A stretch of 33,507 nt of DNA from Planctomycetota bacterium (GCA_044225365.1 JBGAIQ010000058.1:1-33507), one strand, 5' to 3'; positions 8,408 to 16,447 are shown, counted from the first letter of the stretch. The notes: generated from the sequence alone by a model not told the origin. Program-made: numbers and translations.

Positions 8408-11400
8408 TCACGGATTCAAGAACAGGGGGTACGCGCGACTCGCGAACACGGGGAACTGATTGCTCCCGAGCACGAGGTACGCGTGTTGGAGTAGGAATTT
8501 CGGCGGCAGGCCGGTGATGCCCGGCGGCAGATTGAACGAGGCCGTCGTGTTGCCCTGCGCATCGAGCACGCCGAGGAAGTTCGCGAACACCGGCGTGTTG
8601 AAGTTCGCCGCGACGATGAAGAAGTAGGAGTCGTAGTTCAACGGCAGGTGCGTCGAACCGAACTGCAGGCCCGGCGAGGTGCCCGTGACAGAGCCGAGCA
8701 TCGCGTAGCTCTTGCCGGCGTTCGCCGCGCCGCCGTGCAGCGACAGCACCTGACTTCCGCCCGCCGCGAGCGAGATCGTCGTCGTATTGCCCGCGAGCGT
8801 GCTGTCGCGGCCAAAGACGACGTAGGTCGTGCCGGCGAGCGTGAGTCCATTCGGACCGGAGATCGGCGCGCCGATGGCGATGTCGTCGCGGCCATCGAAG
8901 TTCAGGTCGCCGATCGCCGCGACGGCATAGCCCGCGGCGTCGTTCGTCTTCTCGCCGACGAATCTCACGCCCGTCGAGGTCGAGAGCGTCGCGAGATTCA
9001 GCGTGCCCGTTCCGCCGATCGCGACGTCGCCGTAGATGCAGTAGGCCTTGCCCGAAGCGGCGCCGTTCGGTGCCGCGCTCGACGCGCCGACGAGCAGGTC
9101 GCGAATGCCGTCGTCGTTGACATCACCGCTCCCGAGCCCGAGTCCGAAGTCGTCGGGATTCGCTTCTCCGATCGCCTTGAAACCGTTCGAACCGACGAGG
9201 TTTGCCACGGCGAGGGATGCGCCCGGCGCGGCCGCATCGCCGAACACCCAGGCGACGATTCCCGGGTCGATACCGATGCTGCCGCCCGAATGCGACGCGA
9301 ATGCGACGTCCACGGTGCCGTCCGCATTCGGATCGCCCGCCGCCGCCACTTCCTGACCGAGTTGTTCGTTCGTCACGTCGCCGGCGAGCACGAAGCGAGA
9401 CGACGCAGGGAGCGTCGCGAAATCGAGATTCCCCGCGCTGCCCACCGTAGGTCCGCCGAAGAGCACGATCCCGGCGCCGGTCGTGGTGAACGGAGCGTTC
9501 AGCCCGGGCGCTCCGATCGCGAGATCGGCATAGCCGTCATGGTTCACGTCTCCCGGCCCCGCCACTGCGTTGCCGAAGACCGCGCCGCCTTGCCCGCCCC
9601 GGATCGAGAACCCCGCGCTCGGGGGCAGCGTCGCGAGCGAGATGTCGCCCGAAAGGAGCTGCGGTGAGTTGCCGAAGAGCACGTAGACGCGCCCTTCACG
9701 CAATCCGGGAATCTCGCCGGTGCCGTCGTTGTGACAGAGACCGACCTTCGCCGTGTTCTTGGTGATGACGAGGACGTCCTGCTTGCCGTCGTCGTCGTAA
9801 TCGCCGATGCGCACCTTCAGGACGTTCGCGCCCTGGTTGAACGTCTCGGTGGCCGAGTAGAAGGGCGCGCTCTTCGCGCGGCTGATCAGGATCGTGTTCG
9901 AATCACCGCCAGGGCCGACGATGTCGGGCCGTCCGTCGCCGTCCAGATCGCCCGCCACTGCGCCGGAGACATTGGTCGCGGCGGCCACGATCGGCGCTCC
10001 GAGCGTTCCCGCGCCGATGTTCGGCACGATCACGATGCCGCTCGAATCCGCGAGGAGATCGACGTCGCCGTCGTTGTCGATGTCCGTCGCTCCGAGCAAC
10101 TCGGTCGCGAGGATCGGCAGCGTCTGGTTCAGGATGAAACCGAAGCCCGCGTACTGATACACGTACAGCGTTCCGAACTTGTTCTCGCTGAGACAGAGTT
10201 CGGGAAGGCCGTCGTTCTGGAGATCGGCGAAACGAATCGACTGCGCGACGTCGCTCGCGCCCACCGGGATCGAGAGCGTCGTCGTCGCCGCGCCGACGGT
10301 GCCGTTCGTCACGAGCGTGCCCTCGCCCGGATTGATCCCGCCCGGATGATGCGCGACCGCGAGATCGAGATCGCCGTCCGCGTCGACGTCGCCGAGATCG
10401 AAATTGCCGAGCGTCTGCCCGCCCTCGAAGAGCTTGGTCGGGAACCCCAACCCGAAACCGAGATTCGGGAGGTAGTGGATGCGGGAGACCACGCTGCCGG
10501 AAACGACGCCGCGCGCGCTGACGAGCAGATCGAGGTCCCCGTCGAGATCCCAATCGACGAGCACCGGATGATCGGGTTCGGTGAGGAACGCGGAGAACGG
10601 CGTGCCGGTCGAGAACGCCCCGCCGCCGAGGCCGGTCTCGATCGCGAGTTGTCCCGGCGTGGTGTAGGTGACGAGGAGATCGTTGATCCCGTCGCCGTTG
10701 ATGTCGCCGACAGCGACGTCGTCCGGAACGAGCGAAGTCGGATGCGAGTCCGCGACGCCGCCCGCGCCCGAGGCGCTCACCGCGAAATCGGCGATCCCGT
10801 CGCCATTGAAATCGCCGAGGCCCGCGACCGATCCACCGAGGAAGCTCGTGGCCTGGACTCCGCGAATCCGGACTCCGAGTGAAGGAGTGAGATTCGTGAT
10901 GTCGATCTGCGCGGGGGCTCCGATCGAGGATTTTCCGTAGAGGACGTAGGCCTCGCCTTCCTGTCCGGTCGACGCTCCGCTATCGGCGCCCGGCGCGCCG
11001 ATCAGGAAATCCGCGCGTCCATCGCCGTTCACGTCGCCGATTCCCGCACACGACCAGCCGCAGAAGTCGGAGGCATTGCGACCCCGAACGAGATATCCGC
11101 TCGTACCGGGCTGCGTGAACAAGTTCACCGCTCCCGCGGAGGTGAGCGATGCGGCGCCGTACGTGACGAAGAGGCCGCCTGCGAGACTATTGCCCGGCTT
11201 GTTGAGGTAGGGCGCACCCGTGATCAGATCGACGATGCCGTCGCCGTTGAGATCGCCCGCGGACGCGATCGACCAGCCGCTGCGGAACCCGACCCCGCCG
11301 CCCTGGAGCTTCAGGACGTCGGTCGCCGCAGCCGTGCCAAGATTGATCTGCAGCGGGAATTGCGCGGTCGCGCACGGCGCGAGGACCAACCCGAACACGA

Positions 11401-11440
11401 TGGAAGCGACGATCCTCGACCGATGACGCGGTGCGACCAT
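8408..11440 (-). CDS. Secreted double-propeller protein: FG-GAP 7-repeat propeller with an inserted VCBS-like 7-repeat unit, subtype-A C-terminal domain, 1010 aa
   Basis: Signal peptide ends ATA-Q; 14 DxDxDG-type motifs of two repeat styles. Confidence 0.88.
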   Translation of the reverse strand: MVAPRHRSRIVASIVFGLVLAPCATAQFPLQINLGTAAATDVLKLQGGGVGFRSGWSIASAGDLNGDGIVDLITGAPYLNKPGNSLAGGLFVTYGAASLTSAGAVNLFTQPGTSGYLVRGRNASDFCGWSCAGIGDVNGDGRADFLIGAPGADSGASTGQEGEAYVLYGKSSIGAPAQIDITNLTPSLGVRIRGVQATSFLGGSVAGLGDFNGDGIADFAVSASGAGGVADSHPTSLVPDDVAVGDINGDGINDLLVTYTTPGQLAIETGLGGGAFSTGTPFSAFLTEPDHPVLVDWDLDGDLDLLVSARGVVSGSVVSRIHYLPNLGFGLGFPTKLFEGGQTLGNFDLGDVDADGDLDLAVAHHPGGINPGEGTLVTNGTVGAATTTLSIPVGASDVAQSIRFADLQNDGLPELCLSENKFGTLYVYQYAGFGFILNQTLPILATELLGATDIDNDGDVDLLADSSGIVIVPNIGAGTLGAPIVAAATNVSGAVAGDLDGDGRPDIVGPGGDSNTILISRAKSAPFYSATETFNQGANVLKVRIGDYDDDGKQDVLVITKNTAKVGLCHNDGTGEIPGLREGRVYVLFGNSPQLLSGDISLATLPPSAGFSIRGGQGGAVFGNAVAGPGDVNHDGYADLAIGAPGLNAPFTTTGAGIVLFGGPTVGSAGNLDFATLPASSRFVLAGDVTNEQLGQEVAAAGDPNADGTVDVAFASHSGGSIGIDPGIVAWVFGDAAAPGASLAVANLVGSNGFKAIGEANPDDFGLGLGSGDVNDDGIRDLLVGASSAAPNGAASGKAYCIYGDVAIGGTGTLNLATLSTSTGVRFVGEKTNDAAGYAVAAIGDLNFDGRDDIAIGAPISGPNGLTLAGTTYVVFGRDSTLAGNTTTISLAAGGSQVLSLHGGAANAGKSYAMLGSVTGTSPGLQFGSTHLPLNYDSYFFIVAANFNTPVFANFLGVLDAQGNTTASFNLPPGITGLPPKFLLQHAYLVLGSNQFPVFASRAYPLFLNP

Positions 11441-11640
11441 ACTGTGAACCCCACGTCCCGCGCGAGCGAGACGACTCCGACCCGGATGACCACTCTGGCG
11501 GACGGCTCTCGGTGACCCAACCGATTCCGATCCTGATTCGCCCGGATCGTACCGCGGGCGCGAACTCCAACCCTTGGAATTGGCGTCTTGTTACAAAGAC
11601 TGCGCGACCGCGACGACAGGTCCCGCGGTTCACGAGTGGC

Positions 11641-12093
11641 TCACCGCACGAGTCCGATCTCGTCCCGGTTCCGCTCGATCCAGTCTTCCTCGGCGGCACG
11701 ACGCGACGCGCGATCCGGTGAGTTCATGACGATCGCCTGCCATTCCCGCAAGAGTTCGACCTTCCTTCGATCGGAGAGGTCCGATCGCCAAAGGTACGAA
11801 GCCGCCCTGAAGGAAGCTCGAGAGCCGCAGAGCCCCTGAAATGGCGGAATCGGCTCCGACCCCGAGAACGCCCACGATCGGCACGTGGGATCGTCCATCG
11901 TGCTCTCCGCCCAAGTCACGATCGGGCTTCGCGTCTCCGCGCAGTTCCACGTGAACGGGCCGAAGCGGATCGTCTGGCGCGACGCGCTCGTGAGTTCGTC
12001 GACTTCGTATCGCAACTCGCCCGACGCCCAACAGAGCAAGACGAGAAGAGAGAACAGGACGATTCCACCTCGGACGATCCCGCGTCGTGACAT
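11641..12093 (-). CDS. Hypothetical protein with N-terminal membrane anchor/signal peptide, 150 aa
   Basis: GGGAG RBS 7 nt upstream of the ATG; basic N-terminus followed by a hydrophobic stretch; no recognisable domain. Confidence 0.55.
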   Translation of the reverse strand: MSRRGIVRGGIVLFSLLVLLCWASGELRYEVDELTSASRQTIRFGPFTWNCAETRSPIVTWAESTMDDPTCRSWAFSGSEPIPPFQGLCGSRASFRAASYLWRSDLSDRRKVELLREWQAIVMNSPDRASRRAAEEDWIERNRDEIGLVR

Positions 12094-12258
12094 GCGCCAG
12101 CTCCCAATCGGATCGCGTGAAGCATCGAGCCGCGCACGACGACTCGCCCGGGGCGAAGCTTCCGCGGAATTGGAGATCGAGGACGCATACCCGCATCGAA
12201 TCGGGATCTCCTCGAGCCCTATCGGTCCGCCCGATCCATTCGTCGAAGGCGGCGCACG

Positions 12259-12786
12259 CTACTTCTTGTCGGCGCGAGGACGGAGCGTGACGAAGCCCGC
12301 CCGCACGCGTTGTGTCGTGAAATCGCGGACGCGGGCCTTCTTGCCCGTACACCCCTGCCCGATCCAGACCATGGTCTCGTCCCGATCGAAGTCGCGAGCC
12401 CACGATTCGAAACGGTCGCTCGCAAGGTCTCTCAGCAGGATGAGTCCGTAGAGCCGCGCAGCGAGGCTGCCACGACGCAGGATCGACTCGGCCATGTCGA
12501 CCCCATTTGGGCTTGCGAGAATCGTGTCGAACGCCGCGAGCTGCGGGTGAGGGGAGCCCACGTACCCGACTTGACGACAAAGCTCGATCGATTCCATCGT
12601 CGTGTCATTCGGCGGCGTGCCGCGCAGGATCGATTCGACCGCCGCCTTCTCCTTCGATGTCCACTTCGATTCGTCGACCTCTGCCGTCGTACGAGGGTGT
12701 GCGGCAGGACTCTCGTGTTCCCGCCCGCATTGGACGAGACCGGTGGCGATGCCGAGCAGGAGGAGAATTCCGAACGCACGTCTCAT
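12259..12786 (-). CDS. Hypothetical exported protein, possible lipoprotein, 175 aa
   Basis: Start moved to ATG 12786 (GGGAG RBS): MRRAFGILLLLGIATGLVQC, an imperfect lipobox followed by a low-complexity linker and a helical domain. Confidence 0.6.
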   Translation of the reverse strand: MRRAFGILLLLGIATGLVQCGREHESPAAHPRTTAEVDESKWTSKEKAAVESILRGTPPNDTTMESIELCRQVGYVGSPHPQLAAFDTILASPNGVDMAESILRRGSLAARLYGLILLRDLASDRFESWARDFDRDETMVWIGQGCTGKKARVRDFTTQRVRAGFVTLRPRADKK

Positions 12787-12922
12787 GCACAGACTCCCAT
12801 CTCGCGGACGACGAAGCCGCGGCGTGGTCTCTTGGGCGCTTCGCACGGATTCCTCGATAGAATCTGGCTCGACTCCTCCTTTTCCATCGGCGGTTCCTTC
12901 GGCGAGAACGGGCGGTTCGCAA

Positions 12923-13084
12923 ATGGTGCGCAAGCAGATGAGCAACCTCGCCGTGGCGATCGTGCTGTGCTTCATCGCGCTCATGCTCTTCCTCGCGATC
13001 CACTTCTTCTCGGATCACGTGAAGAACATCTTTGGGCAGAAGAACCAGCAGGTGTCCGAGGACGCCTTCGTCTCGCCGAAGTGA
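12923..13084 (+). CDS. Small single-TM membrane protein, 53 aa, loosely Flp-pilin-like
   Basis: MVRKQMSNLAVAIVLCFIALMLFLAIHFFSDHVKNIFGQKNQQVSEDAFVSPK; nearly all codons end in G/C as in the real genes here. Alternative start at 12938. Confidence 0.65.
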   Translation: MVRKQMSNLAVAIVLCFIALMLFLAIHFFSDHVKNIFGQKNQQVSEDAFVSPK

Positions 13085-13088
13085 AGGC

Positions 13089-14621
13089 TCAGGCGAAGCA
13101 GATGCAGTGGCCCTGGTCGACGGAATCGCCACCCGGCTTCGCGCCCGTCTTCTTCTCGCCCGCGCAGGCGATGCGCGCGGGATGTTGGAAGGTGAAGAGC
13201 CTCGGCGTGTCATCGCAGGGCGTCACGCCCTTCGCCGCCGCGCGGCGGATCGCGGCCCACATCTGCTCCTCGTAGAACGACGCGAACGGATGGCCGGATT
13301 CGAAATCGCTACCGGGCTCGTCCATGTTCTTCCAGCAGCCGCCGCCGTGGAAGTAGCGCAGGTCATCGACGGGCGCGCCGTCGCGCGGCGCCAGCGAGAA
13401 GTTGCGGATGCGCTCGACCGCGGGCGATTCGAGCCAGAGTTCGCGCAGCCGACCCGGGCGATAGGAGAGATCCGCTTCGAGCAGGTCGCCGAGGAAGAAG
13501 CGCTCGTCGTCCATGCACGCCGCACAGGGCAGCAGTTGGCCATCGGCGGATACGCCGAGGATCGTGTAGCCCGAACCGCAGTAGTCCTTCGCCGGGCCGT
13601 TCGTCGCGAGAGCGTCGAAGATCTTCTCGTTGGTGAGCTTCAGCGTCACCGCCTTCCATTGCGCCTTGGCGCTCGCGATCGCGGCGCGCGAACGCTCGAG
13701 CACGTCCTCCGCCTCCCGTGAGGAGAGTGCGGCGATATCGGCGTGCTCCGCGGCGCCGCCCCGATCGAGGAGCAGGATGAGATGGTGATAGTCGACGCGC
13801 CGGCCGTCGACTTCGAGCCGTGCGAGGCGCTCCGTGAGCGACGCGACGCCCTCCTTCGACACGCCGTTCGGTGTCGTGGACACGCCGACGCGCAGACCGT
13901 GCCGAAGCGCCGTCTCGACGCCGGCGAGCGCCTTGTCGAAGCTGCCCTTTCCCCGCACGCGAAGGCTCGTCCGCTCGTCGTGGCCATCGATCGAGATCTG
14001 CACGACGAGCCGGTCCTTGAACGGCGCGAGGAAGGAAGCGAGCGAGTCGTCGAGGAAGTGTCCGTTCGTGAACAGGACGAGCTTGCACCGCTCCAGCACG
14101 AACCGCGCGAGGTCGCGGAAGTCGTGCCGCATCGTGGGCTCGCCGCCCGTGAAGTAGAACACCTCGGTTCCGAGATCGCGCGCCTCCGCGAGGATCGCCT
14201 TCAGGGATTCGCCCGGGATCCCCGTGCGCCCCTGCTTCACGCGTTCGATCGTGTAGCAATGCCGACAGCGCAGATTGCAGTCGTCGTTGGTGACGACCCA
14301 GAATTCATGCAGCCGTTTCGGTTCGAGCGACTCGCGACGATTGCGCCGCACGACGTCGGGGAACGGCTCGTTCGCGACGAACCCGCGCCGCGTACAGTCC
14401 TTCAGGAACTTCGCGGCGGCGAGTTTGTCCTCGTGCGGGATCGCCTCGAGCTCGAGGCCCTTCGCATCCCGTATCGACTCGAGGATCGCCGCCCCGCTTC
14501 CACTGACACCGATCCACCGCGCGCGCATTGGATCGACGCACACGGGGACGGGGCCTTGCCGATCGACGACGAAATGGGGCGTGAAGTACACGCGGGTATT
14601 CTGCATGAATGGGCCGCTCAT
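13089..14621 (-). CDS. Radical SAM protein with RRE/PqqD-like N-terminus, degenerate SPASM/Twitch domain and Cys-rich tail, ~510 aa
   Basis: CNLRCRHC, FTGGEP, FTNG and QISIDG motifs; CGSG…GVSADGQLLPC auxiliary-cluster motif; GGGC; ends HCICFA. Start could also be 14606 or 14624. Confidence 0.9.
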   Translation of the reverse strand: MSGPFMQNTRVYFTPHFVVDRQGPVPVCVDPMRARWIGVSGSGAAILESIRDAKGLELEAIPHEDKLAAAKFLKDCTRRGFVANEPFPDVVRRNRRESLEPKRLHEFWVVTNDDCNLRCRHCYTIERVKQGRTGIPGESLKAILAEARDLGTEVFYFTGGEPTMRHDFRDLARFVLERCKLVLFTNGHFLDDSLASFLAPFKDRLVVQISIDGHDERTSLRVRGKGSFDKALAGVETALRHGLRVGVSTTPNGVSKEGVASLTERLARLEVDGRRVDYHHLILLLDRGGAAEHADIAALSSREAEDVLERSRAAIASAKAQWKAVTLKLTNEKIFDALATNGPAKDYCGSGYTILGVSADGQLLPCAACMDDERFFLGDLLEADLSYRPGRLRELWLESPAVERIRNFSLAPRDGAPVDDLRYFHGGGCWKNMDEPGSDFESGHPFASFYEEQMWAAIRRAAAKGVTPCDDTPRLFTFQHPARIACAGEKKTGAKPGGDSVDQGHCICFA

Positions 14622-14668
14622 CACCAGTCGATTGGACGAGCCCGATGGCCACGAAACGGGAGACTCGA

Positions 14669-15967
14669 ATGATGCTCTGGTCCTGTTGCTTGATGCTCGC
14701 GCTCGGCACCGACGACTTCACCGTGCGCGAGGACTTCGACGGAAACTCCCTGCCGCCGACCCTCACGGTCTCGAACGGGACCTGGCGCCCGATGGGCGGT
14801 GAACTGCGCGGCAGCGGCAGCGGTCATCTCGACCTCACCTCCCCGATCGGCGGCGATTTCGACCTGACGTTCGAATGCAGCACCGCGGCGAAATCGAACG
14901 TCGAGGTCCATCTCGTCGATCCCGCGACGAACGAAGCGCGGCTCACGTGCGCCTTCCTCGGCCAGTACCACACCGCGCTGAAGGGCGCGCGCTCGTGCAT
15001 CCTCGACGGTCAGAACTTCGTCTCCGTGATGCCGGAGATGTGGATCTGGCCCGAGCATCGCTTCACGTTCCGGGTGCACCGGGAGGGATCGAACCTCTCG
15101 ATGTCCCTCGACGGCGCCGCGGGTCCCGCGTACTCCGCGGCCTCGGACCGTGGCGCGCGGATCGTGCGCATCGTCGTGAACACCGCCGCGGCGAACGGCG
15201 ACGTCCGAATCGATTCGCTCTCGCTCCGCGCAGCGAGTCCCTCGAAGGAAGCTCGAAGCGCTACGCCACCCACCCGACCGCCCGTCCCATCGGACGATCC
15301 GGCAGCGGCCCCGATCCTCGACACCGTGAAGACGAAGAACCTCGTCGTGCACAACCACGCCGATGCCTCGATCGTCACCGCGACGGCCGCGGCGGAGCTG
15401 CAGCGTCAGTACGACTGGTTGAAGACCTATGTCGGCGTCGCGCCGCCGCGGATCGAGGTCCACATCGGCAACGACTATCCGTGTGGCTTCTCCCGCAGCG
15501 GACCGGGCGATCCCGCGATGTTCCTGCAGGCCGGATCGATCTTCGATTCATCGGCGAACTACGCCCATGAGATGCTGCACTGCTTCACGTTCCACTATGG
15601 CGCGCTCCCCCATTGGTTCGCCGAGTCGCTCGCCGACATGGCGTACCTCGACGCGGAGATCGAGCTGTGGAAGCGGCGCAACGAGGCTCCGTTCCTGAAG
15701 ACCTTCGATCACGCCGAGCATCGCAGCTTCGAACTCGCGAAGCTCCGAATGCGATTCGGCAACGGCTACTTTCCCAAGGTGTGCCGGATCCTCGAACGGC
15801 GCCTCGACGAATGCCGCGCCACGTTCACGCCGAACGGCGCCATCGAGAGCAAGAACGCGCTCCTCATCGCCGTGCTTTCGGAGGCCGCGAGCACCGATCT
15901 CCTCCCCTACCTCCGCGACGAACTCGGATTCGACTCGAAGACGCGGGAGCGGCAGCGGGGTTACTGA
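14669..15967 (+). CDS. Secreted gluzincin-type zinc metallopeptidase with N-terminal LamG/ConA-like beta-sandwich, 432 aa
   Basis: ATG 14669 with GGGAG RBS; AHEMLH followed by WFAESLA (third Zn ligand); beta-rich N-domain (EDFDG…GTW…GELRG…DFDLTFE) and Pro-rich linker. Confidence 0.75.
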   Translation: MMLWSCCLMLALGTDDFTVREDFDGNSLPPTLTVSNGTWRPMGGELRGSGSGHLDLTSPIGGDFDLTFECSTAAKSNVEVHLVDPATNEARLTCAFLGQYHTALKGARSCILDGQNFVSVMPEMWIWPEHRFTFRVHREGSNLSMSLDGAAGPAYSAASDRGARIVRIVVNTAAANGDVRIDSLSLRAASPSKEARSATPPTRPPVPSDDPAAAPILDTVKTKNLVVHNHADASIVTATAAAELQRQYDWLKTYVGVAPPRIEVHIGNDYPCGFSRSGPGDPAMFLQAGSIFDSSANYAHEMLHCFTFHYGALPHWFAESLADMAYLDAEIELWKRRNEAPFLKTFDHAEHRSFELAKLRMRFGNGYFPKVCRILERRLDECRATFTPNGAIESKNALLIAVLSEAASTDLLPYLRDELGFDSKTRERQRGY

Positions 15968-15994
15968 ACTGGCCGTCCCGTAGACCTCGGCGCC

Positions 15995-16324
15995 TCAGTG
16001 GCGATGCATCGCGTCGAGCGACTGAACGCCGTGCACGAGCGTCGCACCGCCTCGGATGACGGCGGCGACGTGGATCGCTTCGGTGATCTCGTCGGCACTC
16101 GCGCCCGCTCCGCGCGCGGTCTGGGTATGCGCATCGATGCAGTACGGGCACTGCAGTGCATGGGCGACCGAGAGCGCGATCAGGAACTTCGCCTTCCCGG
16201 TCAGTGCACCTTCGGCGAACACGCGATTCGACCACGTCTGGTAGGCCTCGAAGAGGTCCTTTCGATTCTCGCCGACCTCGGCGAATCGCGGCAGATCGGA
16301 CGGCGAATAGTACGTCTCGCTCAT
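15995..16324 (-). CDS. AhpD/carboxymuconolactone decarboxylase family protein, arsenosugar-biosynthesis-associated peroxidase-like type (TIGR04169-like), 109 aa
   Basis: TYYxPxDLxxF N-terminus, VFxEGAL, LIALSVAHALQCPYCID and HVAAVIRGGATLVHGVQ match the family signature as recalled; CxxC intact. Confidence 0.85.
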   Translation of the reverse strand: MSETYYSPSDLPRFAEVGENRKDLFEAYQTWSNRVFAEGALTGKAKFLIALSVAHALQCPYCIDAHTQTARGAGASADEITEAIHVAAVIRGGATLVHGVQSLDAMHRH

Positions 16325-16447
16325 CGAAGTTCCTCGGACCGACTCGGCTCTTCAAGAAGCGATCGAGAATACCGCGTCACCGCGCGGTCCGCAGCGCGTG
16401 ATCGAACTGCACGTTCATCCACGCCCGACCTCCGAGCCATCGCCAAC

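Noticed and set aside
535-10882. Long plus-strand ORFs (535-2094, 2825-4720, 4993-6465, 7293-8459, 8648-9667, 9731-10882)
   Set aside because: Antisense shadows of well-supported minus-strand genes in high-GC DNA; Arg-rich with no motifs.
13064-13091. Selenocysteine read-through of the radical SAM TGA (hairpin GCCTTC…GAAGGC follows it on the minus strand)
   Set aside because: Read-through gives a short Arg/Ser-rich peptide antisense to the 53-aa gene; the UGA is not at a Cys-motif position, and TGA is the commonest stop in this window.
13089-15967. Canonical RiPP cluster (RRE-radical SAM plus peptidase)
   Set aside because: No convincing co-oriented leader/core precursor or transporter, and the peptidase is divergent and appears secreted. 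Kept only as a minor alternative.
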